DNA of 25,731 nucleotides from contig JAOZSG010000006.1 of the NCBI GenBank assembly GCA_029939785.1, positions 1 through 25,731 on the forward strand, read 5' to 3'. The position numbers and the translations under genes were made by a program. Of this stretch, positions 19,552-25,731 are shown in pieces. The notes beneath the pieces were generated by a model that was not told the origin of the DNA, ran no database searches, and was given only the letters and a program-made list of their open reading frames with translations. The DNA comes from Fidelibacterota bacterium. GTDB lineage: Bacteria; Fidelibacterota; UBA2242; JAFGTP01. Position 1 is the first letter of the stretch; each line of letters begins with the position of its first letter.

Positions 19552-20478
19552 TTATGTTATTAGTTCTACAACTCTAAGTTTTGCACTTCTTGCTCTTGAA
19601 TTTGTTTTAATCTCTTCTTTAGAAGGAAGAATAATTTTTTTTGATAATTTTTTAAATTTTGCAACATGATTACACGTACAAATAGGAAATTCCGGAGGAC
19701 AAAGACACGATGTTGTTTCTCTTTTAATAAATTTCTTAACAATCCTATCTTCCAGAGAATGATAAGTAATTATCACCAATCTTGAACCAACACTCAAAGT
19801 ATCCAATGTCTGTTGAAGTGTGTCCTCAAGAATGTCTAATTCCTGATTTATATGAATTCTAATTGCCTGAAAAACACGACTTAGTGTTTTATTATGAAAG
19901 CGGGATGGCGTGATTTTTTTTATTACATCCGCCAGTTCTATTGTTGTTGATATCCTCTTAATTTCTCTTGCTTTAATTATTGCATTTGAAATTCTTACAC
20001 TATTTTTTTCTTCACCATATTCCCAAATTACTTTTCTAAGAGATTCAAATTCAGCATTATTAATAAAATCTGCTGCACTCATTTTTATTTCTGGTGAAAA
20101 ACGCATATCAAGCGGACCATTTTTACTAAAAGCAATACCTCTTTCAGGATTATCCAGAGCAAAAGATGACATACCAAGATCCATTAAAATACCATTTACT
20201 TTTGGAAAGCCATTCCTGAAACAAAATTTACGTAAAAATTCAAAATTAGAATTAACATATATGGTCTTCTGTTTTATATTAAGATTTTGCTTACAATATT
20301 CTATTGCCTGTGGATCCGCATCAAAACCAATTAATACTGCATCCTTATCAGTATTTCGGGCAATTTCTGAAAAATGTCCACCAGTACCTAAGGTACAATC
20401 AACATAAACACCCGACTTATCGGTGATTAAATAATTTATACATTCATGCAATAATACAGGTATATGCACAGTTACCAT
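19552..20478 (-). CDS. rsmH: 16S rRNA m4C1402 methyltransferase RsmH (MraW)
   Basis: HIPVLL, DCTLGTGGH, DLGMSS, GPLDMRF, VFQAIRI.INQEL, ITYHSLEDRIVK, NSRARSAKLR. Confidence 0.98.
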   Translation of the reverse strand: MVTVHIPVLLHECINYLITDKSGVYVDCTLGTGGHFSEIARNTDKDAVLIGFDADPQAIEYCKQNLNIKQKTIYVNSNFEFLRKFCFRNGFPKVNGILMDLGMSSFALDNPERGIAFSKNGPLDMRFSPEIKMSAADFINNAEFESLRKVIWEYGEEKNSVRISNAIIKAREIKRISTTIELADVIKKITPSRFHNKTLSRVFQAIRIHINQELDILEDTLQQTLDTLSVGSRLVIITYHSLEDRIVKKFIKRETTSCLCPPEFPICTCNHVAKFKKLSKKIILPSKEEIKTNSRARSAKLRVVELIT

Positions 20479-20497
20479 AAAGTCTTACTTCCTAAAA

Positions 20498-20950
20498 TTA
20501 TTTTAAAAGTTCACTAAGTCCGGAAAAATATTCATCATCAGGAGTAAAATTACTGGTATCATAATTTTTATACGTATCAATATTCCATATTTCAAGATGA
20601 TCAACCATGCCAATTATTTTCACTTCTTTTTTAATTCCAACATTATCCAGAAGAATTTGAGGAATAAGAATTCGTCCTTGTTTATCACATCGAAGTCTCT
20701 TCGCTTCGACAACATTAGCTCTAATAAATGCATTATGTTTTCTATCATATGGAGATAAACTTCTTATCATTTTTTCAACCTTAACATCCCATTCCATCGA
20801 AGGATGAACCACAAGACATGGATCAACTCCTCTTGAAACAACAAAAATGCACGATTCCTCATCTGACCATCTACGAAATTCAGCGGGAATACTCAAGCGA
20901 TTCTTTGAATCGATATTATGTGTTGAACTTCCAATTAAAGATACAATCAT
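20498..20950 (-). CDS. mraZ: Transcriptional regulator MraZ
   Basis: Two SpoVT/AbrB repeats (IDSKNRLSIP and CDKQGRILIP), GMVDHLEIW; first gene of the dcw cluster. Confidence 0.95.
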   Translation of the reverse strand: MIVSLIGSSTHNIDSKNRLSIPAEFRRWSDEESCIFVVSRGVDPCLVVHPSMEWDVKVEKMIRSLSPYDRKHNAFIRANVVEAKRLRCDKQGRILIPQILLDNVGIKKEVKIIGMVDHLEIWNIDTYKNYDTSNFTPDDEYFSGLSELLK

Positions 20951-20995
20951 TTTTAGTACTTAACCTACATTTTGTGGGATCTAATAGGAAATCAT

Positions 20996-21010
20996 CCCAC
21001 TTCCTACCAC
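20996..21010 (-). promoter_or_regulatory. Candidate MraZ operator (GTGG direct repeats, 10-bp period)
   Basis: The minus strand reads GTGGTAGGAA GTGGG immediately downstream of the -10 box. MraZ is known to bind TGGG/GTGG-type direct repeats with ~10-bp period upstream of mraZ. Confidence 0.6.
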
Positions 21011-21011
21011 A

Positions 21012-21040
21012 ATATTACGTGTTTTCACCATTTTAGTCAA
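21012..21040 (-). promoter_or_regulatory. sigma70 promoter of the dcw cluster
   Basis: TTGACT-17 nt-TAATAT on the minus strand, about 60 bp upstream of the mraZ ATG. Confidence 0.7.
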
Positions 21041-21167
21041 GTTATATTTCATCTTTTTATAAAGATAAAACAAAAAACAATCTTTCTATTATTTCCTATT
21101 GTGAATATAGAATGTAATTGCTATTTTCAATACATGATAATATGAATAAAAACCAAGGCCTATAAGA

Positions 21168-21854
21168 ATGAACGCAGATATTTTAATAGTTGAAGATGAT
21201 CAAACATTACAAAACATTCTACAAATATTTTTTGAAAACAATTCTGACTATAATTTTGAAATTGTATGGGATACCAAATCAGCTTTGGAGATTTTAAAAG
21301 ATCAAACTTTCGATATAGTTATTACTGATAAAAATCTACCGGGGCAATCTACAAAAGAAGATGGTGGTATAGAAATCCTAAAATATATTCAAAAATTTTG
21401 TCCGAATACCGAAGCAGTAATGATGACAGGATATTCATCTGTTGATACGGCAACAGAGGCAATGAAATTAGGTGCTTTTGATTATATCTGTAAGCCATTC
21501 AAACTTACTGAACTTAAAGAAAAAATCGACAGAATATTAGAATATAAATCTCATTTAGGTCCAAATGAAACCATCTATAATTATAAAAATTTCTACAAAG
21601 ATGTATTAACTTTAATTCAAAATAATAATTCATTATATGAAAATGAAAAACAAGACATTCTTACCACATTTGAAAAAAAGATTGACTATTTTTTCAAAGG
21701 ACAAAAAAACCTGGAACAGATAATTATAGCACAACGTGAAGCCTTGCAAAAAGCCTCCTCACATGCAGAAGAATTACTTGATCACATCAAAAAATCAGAC
21801 CCTGCTTATGATCTCTTATTGAAAATTATTGATGATACTTCAAATCGAGTTTAG
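21168..21854 (+). CDS. Response regulator: receiver plus ~100-aa helical C-terminal domain of unknown function
   Basis: ILIVEDD, VITDKNLP, MMTGY and GAFDYICKPF receiver motifs. The remainder shows no HTH, AAA+, GGDEF or kinase motif that I recognise. Confidence 0.88.
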   Translation: MNADILIVEDDQTLQNILQIFFENNSDYNFEIVWDTKSALEILKDQTFDIVITDKNLPGQSTKEDGGIEILKYIQKFCPNTEAVMMTGYSSVDTATEAMKLGAFDYICKPFKLTELKEKIDRILEYKSHLGPNETIYNYKNFYKDVLTLIQNNNSLYENEKQDILTTFEKKIDYFFKGQKNLEQIIIAQREALQKASSHAEELLDHIKKSDPAYDLLLKIIDDTSNRV

Positions 21855-22756
21855 GATTTTCTGAATAATTCAGTACTTAAATATTTTTCACCTCTATCAG
21901 GGAATATTACTATTATGTTTCCTGATTTTATTCTTTGAGCAATAGACAATGCAGCAAGCATTGCAGCTCCACTACTCATCCCAACAAAAATGCCTTCCTC
22001 TTTCACAATTTTTCTGGTTATCTCAAAACTTTCTTCTGTTCCAACAAATATATTCTCATCTATAAGATCTGGATCATATATTTCAGGAACAATCGCTTCC
22101 TCCATATTTTTTAAGCCCTGGATATAATGGCCTTTTTCAGGATTTGCACACACTATCTGAATCTTTGGTTTATTCTCTTTTAGTGCTTTTCCAATTCCCA
22201 TTATTGTTCCCGACGTACCAATAGAAGAAACAAAGTAATCGATATTTCCATTTGTCTGTTCCCAAATTTCCTGGCCTGTAGTTTTATAATGAGCAATTTT
22301 ATTGTAATGGTTTGAAAATTGATCCGGCATAAAATATTTATCAGGAAATTCCATAACAAGATCTCTGGCTTTTTGAATCGCTCCATCAGTTCCATTAGTT
22401 TTATCCGTTAATGTAATTTCAGCACCAAATGCCTCAATCATTTTTCTTCTTTCTATACTAACAGATTCACTCATCACAATCTGAACTTTGTAACCTTTTA
22501 CTGCCCCAATCATTGCCAGAGCAATTCCGGTATTACCTGATGTTGGTTCAATTATTACTTTATTTTTTATTAAATTTCCTTCGTTCTCAGCCTGCTCTAT
22601 CATTTTCAGGGCAATTCTGTCTTTTATGCTTCCAGTTGGATTAAATCCTTCCAACTTAGCATAAATATGAACATCCTGGTTTGAATGTAATTTATTTAAT
22701 TTTACAAGAGGAGTTCGTCCAATTGTTTGTAAAATATTATTATATGCAAGAATCAT
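21851..22756 (-). CDS. Cysteine synthase (PLP-dependent, CysK/CysM family, probably CysM-like)
   Basis: PTGSIKDR (PLP Lys), EPTSGNTGIALA, DQFSN, SIGTSGT, GIFVGMSSGA, FPDRGEKYLS. HYIQGLKNM resembles CysM-type more than CysK (HKIQGIG). Confidence 0.9.
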   Translation of the reverse strand: MILAYNNILQTIGRTPLVKLNKLHSNQDVHIYAKLEGFNPTGSIKDRIALKMIEQAENEGNLIKNKVIIEPTSGNTGIALAMIGAVKGYKVQIVMSESVSIERRKMIEAFGAEITLTDKTNGTDGAIQKARDLVMEFPDKYFMPDQFSNHYNKIAHYKTTGQEIWEQTNGNIDYFVSSIGTSGTIMGIGKALKENKPKIQIVCANPEKGHYIQGLKNMEEAIVPEIYDPDLIDENIFVGTEESFEITRKIVKEEGIFVGMSSGAAMLAALSIAQRIKSGNIIVIFPDRGEKYLSTELFRKS

Positions 22757-22913
22757 AATAGTATTCCTTTCTTTATAAACGTGGTAATATCCAAAATATT
22801 TCGACTTATTTCAAGCACAATTTTACATAAATAATTTTTAATGCAGTTTATCATTTTTTTTTATAATTTTATGCTTATGTTTTGATCGATAATAAAACTT
22901 TTTGGAGGCTAAA

Positions 22914-23336
22914 TTGTCAATAAAAAATACACATTCTGTAACTTGTCCTAATTGTAATAATTCTCAGGAGACAACAATATATAGTTCTGTAAATATATCT
23001 TTGGACAAAGATATAAAATCAAAAGTATATGATGGTGAAATAAATTTGTTTAAATGTAATGAATGTTCTCATGAATCTTATATTCCTGTTCCATTTTTAT
23101 ATCATGACATGGACAGAAAATTTGCGGCACATTATTTCCCGAAAACCTCGATGAAAGACACTAATTTTTTATCAAAATTCGATCTCAATGGCAAATTAAA
23201 AACAGATGATTTGAATGTTGATTTTAAAATTCCTGAATACATGCATAATATTCATATTGTATTCGATATGAATGAACTTCTCAGTTATATTATATTCAGA
23301 GAAATTTTATTTGATTACGTATCTAACAATAATTAA
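22914..23336 (+). CDS. CpXC-domain protein (putative Zn-binding)
   Basis: CPNC-x33-CNEC followed by PFLYHD, typical of the CpXC domain. Start moved from the track's 22902 to TTG 22914 because GGAGG at 22904-22908 is a well-spaced RBS. Confidence 0.8.
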   Translation: MSIKNTHSVTCPNCNNSQETTIYSSVNISLDKDIKSKVYDGEINLFKCNECSHESYIPVPFLYHDMDRKFAAHYFPKTSMKDTNFLSKFDLNGKLKTDDLNVDFKIPEYMHNIHIVFDMNELLSYIIFREILFDYVSNNN

Positions 23337-23347
23337 TAGGAATATAA

Positions 23348-25537
23348 ATGTCAAATAACACAAAAAAATTTGGAACTTTTGAAGGAGTCTTTACTCCTAC
23401 AATTTTGACTATACTAGGTGTTATAATGTACCTTCGCCTTGGCTGGGTTGTCGGTAAAGCAGGTTTTGGAGGAGCATTAATAATAATCCTTCTGGCAAAT
23501 GTAGTGACAATGACAACCGGCCTTTCTCTTGCATCCATTGCTACAAATATTCGGATAGGCACCGGTGGTCTCTATGCTCTTATTTCCAGATCTCTCGGTC
23601 TTGAAGTTGGCAGTGCTATTGGTATCCCACTATATATATCACAAACTTTGAGTGCCGCTCTATATATTACAGGATTTACCGAAGGCTGGCTTTCTATTTT
23701 TCCGGAACATAACGCTATAATAATATCAAGTATAGTTTTGCTAACACTTTTAATAGTTTCCCTGATAAGTACTAGTTTAGCATTAAAAGTACAATATCTT
23801 ATCATGACTATTTTAGTTTTATCACTTATATCCTTTTTTTTAGGTAAAAATGATGTTCCCAGAGAAATAATATTAATGGGTGATTTATCAGATACCACTT
23901 TCTGGAAAGTATTCGCAATATTTTTCCCTGCTGTTACAGGCATTAGTGCCGGTGCTGCAATGTCAGGAGATTTGAAAAACTCCAGGAAAAGTTTACCGCG
24001 AGGTATTTTGCCCGGGATTGGTATTACTATGTTGCTTTATATAGGAGTTGCTTATTGGTTTGATTATATGGCTACATCTAAACAACTGGTTGAAAACTAT
24101 GCAATAATGATTAATTTATCCAGATGGCCGATTCTTATAATCGGTGGTATTCTTGGTGCAACATTATCGTCTGCCCTTGGGAGTATCATAGGTAGTCCGC
24201 GTACACTGGTTGCTCTGGGACGTGACAAAGTAATACCATTCTCAACAAGTTTTGCCCGATTATCAAAAAAAGGCGAACCCTATTTTGCACTAATATTTAC
24301 AATAGTAATTGTTGAATTTTGTTTACTTTTAGGCAATTTAAATACATTAGCTCCTCTTCTAACAATGTTCTTCCTGATAACATATGCCGTTGTCAATCTC
24401 GCAGTTGCAATAGAAAAGGGAATTAATATACCATCTTTCCGCCCAACTTTCAATATACCTCTGTTTGTTCCTGTTGTTGGTTTTTTCTGGACCGTATTTA
24501 TTATGTTTTTAGTAAATCCAATTTTTGCTTTAATTGCACTTATTTTTATATTAGTGTTTTATATCTATCAAGTAAAAAAAGGAATACAGGCACCTTGGGG
24601 AGATGTACGAAGTGGATTTTTTCTGGCACTATCTGAATGGGCTGCAAAAATATCTATTAACCTCCCGAAAAATGCAAAGTCCTGGAAACCTAATCTATTA
24701 ATTCCAATAGAAGATCCCCAAAACATGAAAACTCTAAATAAATTTATTCGTGATATAAGTTATCCAAGTGGTACTCTACGCTTTTTCTCTATCAAAATAT
24801 CAGAAACTTTGACTAATGAAATTCCTGATCCTTTTTCAAACGAAAATATTTCAGATTCAAACCCACAAGAGAAAATGGAAATTAAAAAATTGCAAGATCA
24901 ACTGGAATCCTTTGTTTCACCTTTAAAATCCGAAGGAATTTTTACAGTAAGTACAATAATCAGATGTAATGACTTTTTCCAGGGATTGAATACAGTTACT
25001 CAAGTATCTAAAGGAATGTTTTTTCCTCCAAATATTATGTTTTTAACTATGAGTAAAGATCCTTTTAAAAACAAAAAATTAGAACAAATTGTGAATATTG
25101 CATCAAGTGAACACTTGGGATTATGTATATTATCACAGCATGGCAAAAATAATTTCGATAATCATAAAATAATTAATGTATGGCTAAGAAGAGGAAGCCC
25201 AAATAGTCACCTTGCTTTACTGATTGCATTACAATTGAAAAAAAATTGGGAAGGACAAATCAGGCTAATTCTTGTTATTAATGATGAAACAAATAGAACT
25301 GCAGGCACAAAATTTCTCGCAAAAATGGCAGAAAAAGCCAGACTTCCAATAGACTCTGAGAAACTTATTTTATCAGGGGAGTTCAAAGATATTCTTAAAA
25401 ATACAATTACAGGAGACTTAAATATTTTTGGAATGACTGCCCGTGTAAAAGGTTTTACTATGCAGGAAATCACTGGTATTTCTACTGCGTCCTGCATATT
25501 TGTCAAGGATTCGGGTGAAGAGAGTATAATGGCTTGA
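23348..25537 (+). CDS. APC-superfamily permease, prokaryotic cation-chloride cotransporter (SLC12-like) with a cytoplasmic C-terminal domain
   Basis: KKFGTFEGVFTPTILTILGVIMYLRLGWVVG, GGLYALISRSLGLEVG, FAIFFPAVTGISAG, many TM segments, PSFRP, and a ~290-aa soluble C-terminal domain beginning WKPNLL. Confidence 0.88.
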   Translation: MSNNTKKFGTFEGVFTPTILTILGVIMYLRLGWVVGKAGFGGALIIILLANVVTMTTGLSLASIATNIRIGTGGLYALISRSLGLEVGSAIGIPLYISQTLSAALYITGFTEGWLSIFPEHNAIIISSIVLLTLLIVSLISTSLALKVQYLIMTILVLSLISFFLGKNDVPREIILMGDLSDTTFWKVFAIFFPAVTGISAGAAMSGDLKNSRKSLPRGILPGIGITMLLYIGVAYWFDYMATSKQLVENYAIMINLSRWPILIIGGILGATLSSALGSIIGSPRTLVALGRDKVIPFSTSFARLSKKGEPYFALIFTIVIVEFCLLLGNLNTLAPLLTMFFLITYAVVNLAVAIEKGINIPSFRPTFNIPLFVPVVGFFWTVFIMFLVNPIFALIALIFILVFYIYQVKKGIQAPWGDVRSGFFLALSEWAAKISINLPKNAKSWKPNLLIPIEDPQNMKTLNKFIRDISYPSGTLRFFSIKISETLTNEIPDPFSNENISDSNPQEKMEIKKLQDQLESFVSPLKSEGIFTVSTIIRCNDFFQGLNTVTQVSKGMFFPPNIMFLTMSKDPFKNKKLEQIVNIASSEHLGLCILSQHGKNNFDNHKIINVWLRRGSPNSHLALLIALQLKKNWEGQIRLILVINDETNRTAGTKFLAKMAEKARLPIDSEKLILSGEFKDILKNTITGDLNIFGMTARVKGFTMQEITGISTASCIFVKDSGEESIMA

Positions 25538-25540
25538 TAC

Positions 25541-25570
25541 TGCTTGTCCGGCGTAATGAAATGAAGACGG
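25541..25570. repeat. GC-rich REP-like element TGCTTGTCCGGCGTAATGAAATGAAGACGG
   Basis: Abrupt GC rise 3 bp after the permease stop; imperfect CCG...CGG fold-back. Resembles dispersed GTCCGGCGTA...GAAGACGG intergenic repeats I recall from environmental genomes. Single copy in the window. Confidence 0.35.
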
Positions 25571-25571
25571 G

Positions 25572-25588
25572 GGTGCTGGGTGCTGGGT
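25572..25588. repeat. 7-bp tandem repeat (GGTGCTG)2.4
   Basis: GGTGCTG GGTGCTG GGT read directly. Confidence 0.8.
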
Positions 25589-25596
25589 ACCTTTTC

Positions 25597-25624
25597 AAAT
25601 CATAAATCGTTATTCGTAAATCGT
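25597..25624. repeat. 7-bp tandem repeat (AAATCGT-like) x4
   Basis: AAATCAT AAATCGT TATTCGT AAATCGT read directly. Confidence 0.75.
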
Positions 25625-25660
25625 TTTTTTATCAATCTTACATCCATCTCCCAGTCTTCT

Positions 25661-25686
25661 CGTTCCCAAAGCATTATTTAGGAATG
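25661..25686. repeat. Imperfect palindrome, REP-like (CGTTCCCAAA-N6-TTTAGGAATG)
   Basis: 10-bp stem with one G-T pair and one mismatch, 6-nt loop, no U-tail. Confidence 0.45.
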
Positions 25687-25731
25687 CTATTATCATCATG
25701 TAAAAAATATATAATAGTCTGCTGAAGCAGT

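Noticed and set aside
22757-22913. Possible riboswitch or T-box upstream of the cysteine synthase
   Set aside because: Region is short and nearly all A/T, with no SAM-riboswitch or T-box motifs visible.
8201-25506. Remaining short alternative-frame or antisense ORFs inside dusB, ftsZ, ftsA, ftsW, ftsI, rsmH, mraZ, the cysteine synthase and the permease
   Set aside because: They overlap well-supported genes, mostly on the opposite strand, with no motifs or RBS. None resembles a Mur ligase, so they do not hide murC/D/E.
23348-25537. Idea that the permease imports the stem peptide missing from the dcw pathway
   Set aside because: Sequence is SLC12/CCC-like, not an Opp/MppA or AmpG peptide transporter, and it is separated from the cluster by unrelated genes.
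25572-25624. Short repeats as a CRISPR array
   Set aside because: Units are 7 bp and contiguous, with no spacers and no cas genes.
25709-25731. TATAAT followed by a CTGC-TGAA-GCAG mini-hairpin at the window end
   Set aside because: Truncated by the edge and only a 4-bp stem; cannot be evaluated.

Overview
Very AT-rich diderm bacterial chromosome segment. An FCB-group affiliation is my inference from protein style and gene order; clear AGGA/GGAG Shine-Dalgarno sites are present. From left to right: (1) the start of a minus-strand exopolysaccharide export operon (radical SAM enzyme, single-domain response regulator, internally duplicated Wza-like export protein, and a Wzz/Wzc-type co-polymerase truncated by the window edge and missing from the ORF track); (2) groES-groEL with a sigma54-like -24/-12 element, no CIRCE and an intrinsic terminator; (3) folB-folK-deoxynucleoside kinase-small membrane protein; (4) dusB and rpmB; (5) a minus-strand dcw cluster mraZ-rsmH-ftsL-ftsI-murF-mraY-ftsW-murG-ftsQ-ftsA-ftsZ with a good sigma70 promoter and MraZ-type boxes; (6) an accessory-looking tail with an orphan response regulator, a cysteine synthase, a CpXC protein, a cation-chloride-cotransporter-like permease and a patch of short repeats and hairpins. 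The most striking observation is that the dcw cluster is otherwise in canonical order but lacks exactly murE, murD and murC, the three ligases that build the UDP-MurNAc-tripeptide, while murF and all downstream steps look intact. This points either to relocation of the three genes or to a different route to the stem tripeptide (e.g. Mpl-type scavenging). The window alone cannot distinguish these. No rRNA, tRNA, CRISPR array or transposase was recognised.
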